Source: an uncultured bacterium (GTDB taxonomy: Bacteria; Patescibacteriota; Minisyncoccia; Phycocordibacterales; Phycocordibacteraceae). Taken from it: 59,812 nucleotides of DNA. This document shows positions 45,085 to 56,242 of this stretch, in pieces. The translations under genes and the position numbers were made by a program. Below the pieces are notes generated by a model, which worked only from the letters and a program-made list of their open reading frames with translations, searched no databases and was not told the DNA's origin. The stretch lies in NCBI GenBank assembly GCA_963851445.1, contig CAWKPH010000001.1, positions 1 to 59,812 of the forward strand. Direction: 5' to 3'. Every line of letters starts with the position of its first letter. Within the stretch, counting starts at the first letter, position 1.

Positions 45085-45654
45085 TTAGAAACTGACCTTT
45101 ACTGGTTCGCGAGCAGCTGCATCGGTATCGCCAAGTTCGAAAAGATCCATCTTCTGAATGTGGAAGTTCGAAGCGATCATATTCCCTGGAAACTGCTGGA
45201 TGGCAGTGTTGAGTTCCTGCACATTGCTGTTGTAGAAGCGGCGGGCAGCTTGAATTTTGTCTTCGGTATCGGCAAGCTCGCGTTGTAGATCGAGGAAATT
45301 TTGATTCGCTTTAAGATCAGGATACGCCTCGGAAACAGCAAAAAGCGACTTGAGTGTGGCTGAGAGTTGATTCTCTGCCTTCGCCTGGCTTGCGGCGTTC
45401 CCTGACTGTCCTGCTTGCATAGCTTGCGAGCGCGCAGTTGTAACGTTCTCAAATACGCTGCTTTCGTGGGCTGCATACCCTTTTACGGATTCAACGAGGT
45501 TTGGTATGAGATCATAACGACGCTTGAGCTGGACATCGATATCTGCCCATGCCTCTTTGGTTCGATTCACTTTCGAGATGAATCCGTTATACGAAGCGGC
45601 GATCAAAATCAGGAGCACAATGATGATTGCGATTACGATGTAAAGAATAGTCAT
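45085..45654 (-). CDS. lemA: LemA family protein
   Basis: N-terminal TM segment, then YNGFISKVNRTKEAWADIDVQLKRRYDLIPNLVESVKGYAAHE and ARRFYN motifs. Confidence 0.9.
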   Translation of the reverse strand: MTILYIVIAIIIVLLILIAASYNGFISKVNRTKEAWADIDVQLKRRYDLIPNLVESVKGYAAHESSVFENVTTARSQAMQAGQSGNAASQAKAENQLSATLKSLFAVSEAYPDLKANQNFLDLQRELADTEDKIQAARRFYNSNVQELNTAIQQFPGNMIASNFHIQKMDLFELGDTDAAAREPVKVSF

Positions 45655-45710
45655 ATCCTGCCAGTAGTTCTTAGATTAATAGCTGCCTCAATTATAGCAC
45701 ATTGTGCACC

Positions 45711-45739
45711 TTGTCAAGATCGTAAAAAGCAAGTATAGT
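45711..45739 (+). promoter_or_regulatory. sigma70-like promoter for the small plus-strand gene
   Basis: TTGTCA (45711..45716), a 17-nt spacer, then TATAGT (45734..45739). A GGGAGG Shine-Dalgarno sequence sits 5 nt before the TTG start at 45775. Confidence 0.5.
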
Positions 45740-45774
45740 TGAAAGGGATTAATTAGCGTGACTGGGAGGTTCGC

Positions 45775-45987
45775 TTGCGAAAGTTTCTTGACTTCTTCCA
45801 CGATGCTCCTGGATACACCATTCTGGTGGCTGTGGCTGTGCTTTATGCAGTGTGCATCTGGGGGCTTTACGGAATCACCTACGTGATCGATCGGGTCCAG
45901 CACCGCATCGATGTATGGAGGGGAAAAAATCCCCGCCGGCGCAGCGGTGCGAAATCGCTGCTCGTCTCCGTCAACGACCGGTGGTGA
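45775..45987 (+). CDS. small (70 aa) hypothetical membrane protein
   Basis: TTG start preceded by GGGAGG. One clear TM helix (YTILVAVAVLYAVCIWGLYGITYVI) and a basic tail. It is bracketed by a promoter-like element and a strong terminator. Antisense and alternative ORFs in the same gap lack these signals. Confidence 0.5.
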   Translation: MRKFLDFFHDAPGYTILVAVAVLYAVCIWGLYGITYVIDRVQHRIDVWRGKNPRRRSGAKSLLVSVNDRW

Positions 45988-46000
45988 ATCACCAAACACC

Positions 46001-46040
46001 GACGCCACGATCCTGTCCGGATCCGTGGCGTCTTTTTGTT
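46001..46040 (+). terminator. strong rho-independent terminator (also placed to stop convergent groEL transcription)
   Basis: GACGCCACGATCC-TGTCC-GGAT(C)CGTGGCGTC followed by TTTTTGTT. Confidence 0.8.
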
Positions 46041-46060
46041 AATCACTTAGGTAAAGTTTC

Positions 46061-48027
<1,967 letters not shown>

Positions 48028-48212
48028 ACGATTTATAGGATTAGCTTTATAAAATATTCCTGAACTCGATATCAGGTTTTCTACCCTGATCCGGCTGTTA
48101 TCGTAACAAGTATGTGCCGGTGGTGTCATTATTATATGGACTAGCAGGTTTTGGTCAAGAAATTTTGGCCGGTTGATACGAGTCTTTTTTCGTGATACCA
48201 TCCTTGTCACAG

Positions 48213-48443
48213 ATGGCAAATCTAGCATCCATACTACCGTACGCAGAAATCGTACTTTCTCTGCTTCTCATTGTCGGCGTCGTACTCCAGCAGCGTGGCG
48301 CAGGTCTTGGAGGAGCTTTTGGGGGTGACAATTTTGCAACTACGTTTTACAAGCGGCGCGGTGCTGAAAAATTTCTTTTCAATGTGAGCATCGCCATCGC
48401 CTTCCTTTTTGTTGCGACTGCAATACTTGGATTTCTAATTTAG
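48213..48443 (+). CDS. secG: preprotein translocase subunit SecG
   Basis: 76 aa with two TM helices and the Gly-rich loop LQQRGAGLGGAFGG typical of SecG. Confidence 0.8.
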   Translation: MANLASILPYAEIVLSLLLIVGVVLQQRGAGLGGAFGGDNFATTFYKRRGAEKFLFNVSIAIAFLFVATAILGFLI

Positions 48444-48458
48444 AATCTAACTCTACCT

Positions 48459-50186
48459 ATGGAGGAGCAAGATCAGACGCTCCGTGGCGTATTCCCGAAG
48501 CGACGTTCAGCGTCCCTTTTGCGGGGTATACTGCTCTATTTACGAACTCGCCGGCCAAGTGATAAATTCATACTAACTATCCTTGGCTTTTTGGTGATAC
48601 TTTCAAGCGTCTTATGCCTTCTCATACTTGAACAATCGATACTTGTTACGGAACCTGCATACGGAGGAAGTCTAACTGAGGGTGATGTGGGTGCGCCGCG
48701 CTTCATCAACCCCCTTCTCGCTATCTCAAGCACTGATCAAGATCTTTCGGCTCTTGCCTATGCAGGACTCATGGGTGAGGGGCCAGATGGTAATCTAGTA
48801 CCCGTGCTTGCAAAGAGCTACACGATCTCACCTGATGGAAAAACATATACATTTACCCTTAGAGACAACCTGAAATTCTCAGACGGTACTCCCGTAACTG
48901 CCAGTGATGTTGTATACACCGTACAGAAAGCCCAAGACCCTGCTCTCAAGAGTCCTCAATACTCTGACTGGAACAATGTGGTCGTAACGGCTATCAATTC
49001 GACGACTGTTCAATTCACGCTCCCCGAACCTTATGCACCCTTCCTTCAGGATACGACACTCGGTATTCTACCCGCACACCTTTGGCAAAACGTCACTGAT
49101 GATGAATTTCCGTTCTCGGATCTCATGATAAAACCAGTCGGCGCGGGACCTTTTGTTGCTACGCATCTATCGCAGGATAGTAATGGCAACATCACAAAAT
49201 ACACAGTGGTCGCTAATCAAAATTATGCGCTTGGACGGCCTTATCTTGATAGGATCAACTTCATCTTTTATCCCGATCAGCCTTCGCTTCAAACCGCAAT
49301 CTCGAAAGGCAAGGTTGAGAGTGGCTACGGTGTGCTTGGCACCCATATGCTTACCGCATCATACTCTCGAGTATTCGCAGTCTTTTTCAACGCCGGTGAA
49401 AACAGTACTTTTTCCGACGAAGCGGTGCGCCAAGCACTGTCACTAGCAATCGATCGAAACGCTATTGTGCACAATACGCTAGGGGGCTACGCTACTGCAC
49501 TTATGGGACCCGTACCCCCTGGAAGTGGGATTTCTGAAATCCCTGTCGCAGCTTCGACCTCCCCAGAACTCATTGCGAATTCGACGAGCATACTCGAAGG
49601 CGACGGTTGGACCTTTGCATCAAGCACCAACGAATGGGTGAACAGGTCAGGAAATACTTTGAGCGTTACCTTAAAAACTTCAAATGTCCCTGAGCTTACG
49701 GTTATGGCGCAGGCGATTCAAGCAAACTGGGAAGCTCTTGGCGTTCCGACTACCATTGAGTACTACGAACCGGGGCAACTGACCCAGGACGTTATTCAAC
49801 CCCGAGCATACCAGGCGCTTCTTTTTGGTATGGTGGTCGCGAAAGGAGACGATCTGTATGATTTCTGGGACTCGCAAGAGAAAACCGATCCCGGTCTCAA
49901 TATCACCTCGTACAGCAACCCCGCAGTTGATACACTCCTCAGCGACTTGCGTAGTGAAACAGATCCCAATCAGCGTATACAGGATTTGACGCAAATTAAC
50001 CAGGATATCGCTGCCGACTACCCTGCCGCATTCATAGAATCCCCGGACTTCGTCTATGTAGTGCCAAATGACCTGAAAGGGGTTATACTGCCACAGATAA
50101 CGTCACCGTCTGATCGCTTCGCGACAGTCGCGACCTGGTACCGACGTACCGAATCCGTGTGGCCATTTCTGGCACGCAACAAATAA
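48459..50186 (+). CDS. ABC transporter substrate-binding protein, family 5 (peptide/nickel/oligosaccharide type), TM-anchored
   Basis: N-terminal TM anchor, then family-5 blocks: LVPVLAKSYTISPDGKTYTFTLRDNLKFSDGTPVTASDVVYT and GAGPF. Confidence 0.82.
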   Translation: MEEQDQTLRGVFPKRRSASLLRGILLYLRTRRPSDKFILTILGFLVILSSVLCLLILEQSILVTEPAYGGSLTEGDVGAPRFINPLLAISSTDQDLSALAYAGLMGEGPDGNLVPVLAKSYTISPDGKTYTFTLRDNLKFSDGTPVTASDVVYTVQKAQDPALKSPQYSDWNNVVVTAINSTTVQFTLPEPYAPFLQDTTLGILPAHLWQNVTDDEFPFSDLMIKPVGAGPFVATHLSQDSNGNITKYTVVANQNYALGRPYLDRINFIFYPDQPSLQTAISKGKVESGYGVLGTHMLTASYSRVFAVFFNAGENSTFSDEAVRQALSLAIDRNAIVHNTLGGYATALMGPVPPGSGISEIPVAASTSPELIANSTSILEGDGWTFASSTNEWVNRSGNTLSVTLKTSNVPELTVMAQAIQANWEALGVPTTIEYYEPGQLTQDVIQPRAYQALLFGMVVAKGDDLYDFWDSQEKTDPGLNITSYSNPAVDTLLSDLRSETDPNQRIQDLTQINQDIAADYPAAFIESPDFVYVVPNDLKGVILPQITSPSDRFATVATWYRRTESVWPFLARNK

Positions 50187-50228
50187 AGCTATAGAGGGTT
50201 TTCATATTATTCTTACACATTCTCACTT

Positions 50229-52223
50229 ATGACTTCAGCACCCGCACCAGCCCCAGCGCCGGGCAGTTCTCCTCGAAATGAAGGTGATTCTTCGGCACGA
50301 CCAGGCGGTGCACGACCTATGAATAGAAGCCGTGGTCCGCGACCATTTGGTTCCCAAAATTCTGGGGGCAATCGAGGACCATCCTCTGGCATGCAATCCC
50401 ATGGCAGCCCAAGAAGCTCGCGTGGACGCACCGGGGGCCAAGGAGGCAATCGTCCTGGTCGCGTCAGTCGACAAATCCAACGAACACTACGCCGCCACTC
50501 GGGAACACCCTCTATAAAGAAAGGTGCCGACTACTTCCCGGAGGTAGCTCCTAATAATGTTGTTCGCATCGTGCCACTTGGTGGCGTTGAGGAGGTGGGA
50601 CGTAATATGATTGCCGTCGAAACGCAAGGCGATATCTTTGTCTTCGATGCTGGTTTTCAGTTCGTTACTGAGGACGCTTCTCCTGGTATCGACTACGTTC
50701 TTCCGAATACTAAATACCTGGAGCATAACCAGCATATGATTCGTGCGGTGTTCATTACCCACGGGCACCTTGATCACATTGGCGCCATCCCATTTATCAT
50801 GACCCGGTTCGGTAATCCCCCTATCTATACCCAGAACCTCTCTGCGATCATGATCCAGAAGCGGCAAGAAGAGTATCCTGACGTCCCTGCTCCGCAGATC
50901 ATCGTCGTGGAGCCAGGTTCAACCCATACGATTGGCAAATCGAAGGTGAAGTTCTTCCCCGTAACCCATTCGATTCCTGATTCCATGGGTATTTGCATCG
51001 GTACACCATACGGCAATGTTATTGCCACGGGCGACCTTAAACTTGAGCATGATAACGGTGTTCCAACCGAGGCTGAACAGAAAAAATGGGGTGCGATCGG
51101 CAAAGAAAAAAATCTTGTTTTTATTGCTGACTCCACAAACGCAGAACGCGACGGCTTTTCGATTCCTGAAAGCCGTGTGCATGAGACCCTTGAACAAATC
51201 ATCAAGACGGTAAATGGACGTCTCATTATCGGTACCTTCGCATCTCAATTCGATCGCATGGTGAACATCATTGCAATTGCGGAGAAATACGGAAAGAAAA
51301 TTGTCACGGAAGGACGTTCGATCCGCACGAATATCGAGATCGCACAGAAGACTGGCCTCCTCAAAACAGATAAAAGTATCTTCATCCCTGCACAAGAACT
51401 TGGGGACTATCCACCAGACAAAGTGGTCATTCTTGCCACAGGTGCGCAAGGTGAGGAATTTGCGGCGCTTATGCGCATTGCGACAAAGCAGCATAAATTC
51501 ATCCAGCTTAATCCGCGTGACACGATTGTACTCTCTTCGTCCGTCATTCCAGGAAACGAGATCGCGGTGCAAAAGCTTAAGGACAATCTCTTTCGTAATC
51601 AGGTAACCTTGATTCACTACCGATCCTCCGACGTACACTCAACTGGTCACGGTAATACCGGAGAGCTTATCTGGATCAATCAACAGGTAAATGCGAAGTT
51701 CTTTATTCCTGCCTATGGCTACTATTCGATGACTGCCTCACATGCAAAAGCCGTTGAACAGGCGGGGCGCCCGCGAGAGACCATCGTTCTTGCTGATAAT
51801 GGTATGGTGATTGATTTCATCGATGGCGAACGTATCGACATCCATAAGGAAAAGGTTCCCGCTTCCCCACTCATCGTCGATGGATTTGCAATCGGCGATA
51901 TGCAGGAAGTCGTGATTCGTGATCGCCAAATGCTTGCCAAGGATGGGATGTTCGTCATTATTGCGACGGTTAATCTTAAGACCGGCAAGCTACGCAAATC
52001 ACCGGATATCATTTCCCGAGGATTCATCTACCTACGCGAATCGCAAGATCTTCTAAACCAAGCACGACTTCTCATCAAAAAGACAGTCGAGGATTCAACG
52101 CGAAACATGAATCCTGTTGACCTTGATTACGTAAAGAACAATCTTACAGACACCATGGCTGGCTACTTGTTCCAGCAAACAAATAAGGCGCCGATGGTCA
52201 TTCCTGTTTTGATCGGAGTTTAA
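50229..52223 (+). CDS. rnj: ribonuclease J with an Arg/Gly/Ser-rich N-terminal extension
   Basis: Metallo-beta-lactamase motif ITHGHLDHIG, beta-CASP blocks (DSTNAE, HTSGH-like HSTGHG) and the C-terminal domain. The first ~100 aa are low-complexity: PAPAPAPGSSPRNEG...GGNRGPSSG...RGRTGGQGGNRPGR. Confidence 0.9.
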   Translation: MTSAPAPAPAPGSSPRNEGDSSARPGGARPMNRSRGPRPFGSQNSGGNRGPSSGMQSHGSPRSSRGRTGGQGGNRPGRVSRQIQRTLRRHSGTPSIKKGADYFPEVAPNNVVRIVPLGGVEEVGRNMIAVETQGDIFVFDAGFQFVTEDASPGIDYVLPNTKYLEHNQHMIRAVFITHGHLDHIGAIPFIMTRFGNPPIYTQNLSAIMIQKRQEEYPDVPAPQIIVVEPGSTHTIGKSKVKFFPVTHSIPDSMGICIGTPYGNVIATGDLKLEHDNGVPTEAEQKKWGAIGKEKNLVFIADSTNAERDGFSIPESRVHETLEQIIKTVNGRLIIGTFASQFDRMVNIIAIAEKYGKKIVTEGRSIRTNIEIAQKTGLLKTDKSIFIPAQELGDYPPDKVVILATGAQGEEFAALMRIATKQHKFIQLNPRDTIVLSSSVIPGNEIAVQKLKDNLFRNQVTLIHYRSSDVHSTGHGNTGELIWINQQVNAKFFIPAYGYYSMTASHAKAVEQAGRPRETIVLADNGMVIDFIDGERIDIHKEKVPASPLIVDGFAIGDMQEVVIRDRQMLAKDGMFVIIATVNLKTGKLRKSPDIISRGFIYLRESQDLLNQARLLIKKTVEDSTRNMNPVDLDYVKNNLTDTMAGYLFQQTNKAPMVIPVLIGV

Positions 52224-53047
52224 CGCCTAGGTAACTCATACTTCGTACCTCGAATTTCAATTAAACCCTCGGAAGAGAGTTTACTAAGTTGAAGCTCCAT
52301 TTGCTTCGTACGATCATCGCCCATGAGCCTTACGAGGCGTGCTCTAACTTGTGAACCTTTCGCTAATTCCCTTAGAATTGCCCCACGAGCTTCGCGATTT
52401 GAACCGGTAAATTTGGACTGCGGTACGTAGGTTTTACTTTTAGCATTGATGCGAACGCCTGAGCGCTTTAGAGAGGCACCGTAATCCATGAGAGCCCAAT
52501 TCCACTCGCGTGGGCTCTCATCTCCTATTTCTTTTGAAGCTATTTTTGAGAGAATCTTGAGGATTTCTTTATCATCTACAACGTCGTTCTTTTTGAAGAA
52601 ATAGTCTGTTACGGCGGTTCGTATATTCGTCTCGATGAATACAGCGTTTTGGCCGTAGGCAAATGTAGCAACCGCTCGCGCTGTGTAGGGACCCACTCCT
52701 GGTAACTCTTGGAGTTCCGTAACAGACCTTGGAAACTTCCCTTTGTACGTTCCTACCACTTCCCTTGCAGCCATGTGCAACATCTTCGCACGCCGATTGT
52801 ACCCAAGTCCTTGCCACGATTTAAGGATTTCAGCGAGTGGAGCAGCAGCAAGTGCTTTTATAGTCGGAAACTTTTTTAGAAACGCTTTGTAAAATGGAAT
52901 AACTCGCTCTACCTGCGTTTGTTGGAGCATCACTTCTGAAACGAGAATCTTGTATGGATCGTGTGTCTTGCGCCAAGGTAAGTCATGGCGTCCTTGTTTT
53001 TTATAATAATTCCAGACGAGCTTCTGAAACTTCTCCCTAGAGGTCAT
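52220..53047 (-). CDS. MutY-like A/G-specific adenine glycosylase (short, Cys-free form)
   Basis: DLPWRKTHDPYKILVSEVMLQQTQV, GLGYNRRA and the HhH LPGVGPYTARAV. Length is 275 aa. I saw no Cys-x6-Cys-x2-Cys-x5-Cys cluster and no NUDIX-like C-terminal domain. Confidence 0.72.
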   Translation of the reverse strand: MTSREKFQKLVWNYYKKQGRHDLPWRKTHDPYKILVSEVMLQQTQVERVIPFYKAFLKKFPTIKALAAAPLAEILKSWQGLGYNRRAKMLHMAAREVVGTYKGKFPRSVTELQELPGVGPYTARAVATFAYGQNAVFIETNIRTAVTDYFFKKNDVVDDKEILKILSKIASKEIGDESPREWNWALMDYGASLKRSGVRINAKSKTYVPQSKFTGSNREARGAILRELAKGSQVRARLVRLMGDDRTKQMELQLSKLSSEGLIEIRGTKYELPRR

Positions 53048-53738
53048 AGATCACGTCTTTGCGCTCTACCACAATTTTCCAACCCTTCCCTTTTGCGTGC
53101 CGATACAGAAGTCGGTTGGGGTTGAAGGCAATTGGTGTCTCAACCTGGTCGAGCATCGAAATATCGCTTTCCGTATCTCCAACTCCGACCGAACCCTTAA
53201 GCGTAAGATTTTCCTTTTCGACGGCCCGCTTTAGGACCGCGCCCTTGTTCATGATGATATGCTCATCTTCGACAATTCCCGTAAATCGATTACTGGCGCC
53301 CGTCTCGTAAAAAGTACCGTATGTCTTATTGAATCCGAGTTCATACCCAAATCCATCCACGATGAATTTCGGCGAGTGCGAGATACCTAGAAGATAGTAT
53401 CCTTTCTTCTTTAGCTCGGTGATGAGGTCGCGTGTGTAGCGATAGGTGCGATTCTTCTTTGCTTCAATAATCTCTCCTGCGATATCGGCGATCGGTCCAT
53501 ACTCCTGACCTTTCGCATATTTACGAAATGCCGTAACAACCTTGCCTATGAAAGGACCGTATTCACCATTTCGATCAAGCCACTCTTGACGCGGACCTGT
53601 ATAGCTTTCGCGCGCCTCTGGAGGAAAGATTCCACGTCCGATAAGTTCTTCAACGAGCTCTATAAGAAGTGAGGAACGGAAGACTGTACCATCAATATCA
53701 AATACGGCGACCGGCTGAGAAAGTAGGTCTTTCTGCAT
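53037..53738 (-). CDS. HAD-superfamily hydrolase (subfamily IB, SerB-like)
   Basis: Motif I VFDIDGTVF and motif III/IV GVGDTESD. Length is 233 aa. Confidence 0.75.
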   Translation of the reverse strand: MQKDLLSQPVAVFDIDGTVFRSSLLIELVEELIGRGIFPPEARESYTGPRQEWLDRNGEYGPFIGKVVTAFRKYAKGQEYGPIADIAGEIIEAKKNRTYRYTRDLITELKKKGYYLLGISHSPKFIVDGFGYELGFNKTYGTFYETGASNRFTGIVEDEHIIMNKGAVLKRAVEKENLTLKGSVGVGDTESDISMLDQVETPIAFNPNRLLYRHAKGKGWKIVVERKDVIYDL

Positions 53739-53775
53739 GCTTCCATGGTACCTCTAGAGTACCTGAAAATGAAAA

Positions 53776-54468
53776 TTACTTGGATTTAGGCCAGCGACTA
53801 CCAGCGGGCGGCCATATCTTTGTTAAGGGATGTTGATCACACTCATGGGGACGCGCTGGGCATACATAGCGTCCGTATAGTACGAGACCATTGTTTACAT
53901 ACTTCCAATCACTCTTCGCAATGAGATTCTCAAGGTCTTTTGAGATTTTAGTGAGATCGGTATTACTCGTAAGATCGAAACGGAGTGCAAAGCGCCTTAC
54001 GTGAGTATCGGTCGGTATACCTTCCCAGATGTCATAGAGCTCGCCAAGGATGACGTGTGCGGTTTTATAGGCAATACCGGGGAGTCGCACAAGTTCAGCT
54101 TCTGTCTTTGGGATCGTGCCTCCAAACTCATCACGAATCATTTTTGCTGCTGAAACTATTGCTTTTGATTTATTACGATGAAAGGTTATCGAGGAGATAT
54201 CTTGCGAATATACAGCTGGATCGACATTCGCAAAATCATTAATCGTTTTGTATTTCTTGTAGATGACACTCGTAACACGATTCACCGTCTTATCGGTACA
54301 CTGGGCTGACATCATGACTGCAGCGACGAGTTGGAATGGGGTTGTATAGCTAAGTTCGGTCTTCGGCGTTGGATACGTTTCCTTTAGGTATGCAACAATT
54401 TTCTTCGCACGAGCTTTTCTCTCTAGAGGAGTCGAAACGACAGGTAGAGGAGGCATGCTAAAGATCAA
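53776..54468 (-). CDS. nth: endonuclease III-like HhH-GPD glycosylase
   Basis: MSAQCTDKTVN and the HhH LPGIAYKTAHVILG. The C-terminal region carries only two Cys (YVCPARPHEC) in place of the usual four cluster ligands. Confidence 0.78.
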   Translation of the reverse strand: MIFSMPPLPVVSTPLERKARAKKIVAYLKETYPTPKTELSYTTPFQLVAAVMMSAQCTDKTVNRVTSVIYKKYKTINDFANVDPAVYSQDISSITFHRNKSKAIVSAAKMIRDEFGGTIPKTEAELVRLPGIAYKTAHVILGELYDIWEGIPTDTHVRRFALRFDLTSNTDLTKISKDLENLIAKSDWKYVNNGLVLYGRYVCPARPHECDQHPLTKIWPPAGSRWPKSK

Positions 54469-55660
54469 GGAGTTCTTGTGGTTCGCGTCTGAATGCGAAG
54501 AGGTAGAAAAGGGTGAGCATGGCTCCCCCGGCAGTTGCCATCAGTATTACCTTGAGGACAAATCCGAGGATTGGGATAATGCCTATGACATAGAGCGCGA
54601 GTACGCCGAGAATTGCACCTCGCCAGGAGACATGCGTTTTCTTTTGAAATATCCGAATGATCGCTGCTCCAGCCAGTACTGCTGCATACACGTAGGCAAG
54701 TAACAAAAAGAGGATATAGGCAGCACCGATGATAAGCGCTAGGCCTATGCCAACAAACGATACAAGAAGAACCAACAAGAGAACCGGTAAGGCAATGAAA
54801 CTTGCAAAGCCCAGTAGCGTCAGCAGTATGTAGCGTTCCAGGCTATGCGTGAATGTGATCTCAACCATTCGATCGGTAAAGACAGGAAAGATTCCGGCGA
54901 TGAGACCTGCCGCAACAACCGCGGCGATGATGCGTACAAGGAGGAATACGAGGACACCCGCAGTTGCGAATGTCTTTGCTTGTTGGACGGTCGGTAAGAA
55001 CGCGGCCGAACCGATGTAGTTGACGCCCCCATCAATTACAATAGAACTTGGTATATCAGCCTGTTGGGGGGCATTGTACTGAAATGTGCCGTGGATGATT
55101 GTACCAGGAGCAAGCGTCACCTTATCTGCAGCAACCACCTCTACATTTCCATTAAAGGTGCCCCCCAGTGTCACGTCTGCACCGTAGATCACGACTGGAC
55201 CATTTGAACCATTACTAAGCTGGATGGTTCCTCCAGCGATACGCGTGTCATTGCCCTTACCCGACACATTTACAATACCCCCCGCAAGAAAGAGATCGTT
55301 GGTGACAATGTCTTCCACACTAACTCGCCCGCCAACGGCTCGCACACTGCCTGCGACTGGTTTCTGAATATCAACCGTACCTCCTGCAAGCATTGCATCT
55401 CCTGCAATGGGTGCAGCGACCGTAAGAGTTCCGCCCGCTGCAAGAAGGTCTGCAGGAAGCGGAGTGTTCACACTTACCTCTCCACCAACTAAGTAGAGAT
55501 TAGGAGCAGTTGAGGTGGAAGTGGAACCAGAAATCGGCGATGAAATGCTAACTAAGCGTCCGGTTTGGACCATCGCTGCATGAGTGGAAGCTGGTAATAG
55601 AAACAGGAGCACCGCTGCGAACCCAAGGAGCAGTGGTGTTATGTACCGATCGCTTCTCAT
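54458..55660 (-). CDS. hypothetical membrane protein: signal peptide, repetitive beta-helix-like (bactofilin/DUF583-like) ectodomain and a C-terminal multi-TM region
   Basis: Repeats of the AGG(T/I)hxh type (LAAGGTLTVAAPIAGDAMLAGGTVDIQKPVAGSVRAVGGRVSV...LAGGIVNVSG...IAGGTIQLS), followed by about five hydrophobic helices. Confidence 0.5.
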   Translation of the reverse strand: MRSDRYITPLLLGFAAVLLFLLPASTHAAMVQTGRLVSISSPISGSTSTSTAPNLYLVGGEVSVNTPLPADLLAAGGTLTVAAPIAGDAMLAGGTVDIQKPVAGSVRAVGGRVSVEDIVTNDLFLAGGIVNVSGKGNDTRIAGGTIQLSNGSNGPVVIYGADVTLGGTFNGNVEVVAADKVTLAPGTIIHGTFQYNAPQQADIPSSIVIDGGVNYIGSAAFLPTVQQAKTFATAGVLVFLLVRIIAAVVAAGLIAGIFPVFTDRMVEITFTHSLERYILLTLLGFASFIALPVLLLVLLVSFVGIGLALIIGAAYILFLLLAYVYAAVLAGAAIIRIFQKKTHVSWRGAILGVLALYVIGIIPILGFVLKVILMATAGGAMLTLFYLFAFRREPQELLDL

Positions 55661-55662
55661 GG

Positions 55663-56133
55663 CTAGACGGTACTACCCACTCCTTCACTAGTAACCGATG
55701 AGCGGCTCGGTGCATGCCGCACCCAAAGTTGGATGGTTGTAAGGCATGCCAGTAGAGAAATAGCAGCAGAACCAAGACAATAAATACAAAGCGCTTTGAT
55801 GATAAAAAATTGAATTAGGACGAACACTACTGAAGCGAGAAGTCCGATCCATCCAAGAAGATACAGTGCGCGATATACGAAACGGAGAGGATTAAAAATG
55901 AGAAATGCGGCGCAGACGAATAAGAGTACATAAAACACAAGACCTATAATTCCAACTGGCACCCCAAGTACATGCGAATACACGCTTTGTGCAACCGTGT
56001 TACAACCATCCAGACCATTAATGCTACAGGTGAGTGAAGCTCCTGTTGTTTCGCTTATCCCTAAATAGGCTGAATCAGCTATGCCCAAAAACGCTAGGAC
56101 AAGCAAAACCCAGTTCAGCGTATGCCGGTTCAT
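55663..56133 (-). CDS. vitamin K epoxide reductase (VKOR)-family thiol oxidoreductase
   Basis: Four-TM protein with a loop Cys pair (CSINGLDGC) and a membrane CxxC (CIYC). I chose the ATG at 56133. Confidence 0.75.
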   Translation of the reverse strand: MNRHTLNWVLLVLAFLGIADSAYLGISETTGASLTCSINGLDGCNTVAQSVYSHVLGVPVGIIGLVFYVLLFVCAAFLIFNPLRFVYRALYLLGWIGLLASVVFVLIQFFIIKALCIYCLGSAAISLLACLTTIQLWVRHAPSRSSVTSEGVGSTV

Positions 56134-56242
56134 ACATTCTATCGTACCGTGCGAAGCGCCTTGCGGCAACCGTTCAAAACTATGAACATTCCGCCCCTGT
56201 TTGTCTCAGGATTATTCGATAGAGAGGTGGTACAGTGAAGAT

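Noticed and set aside
48028-48212. Possible CIRCE (HrcA) operator upstream of groES.
   Set aside because: No TTAGCACTC-N9-GAGTGCTAA-like inverted repeat is present on either strand of the groES leader.
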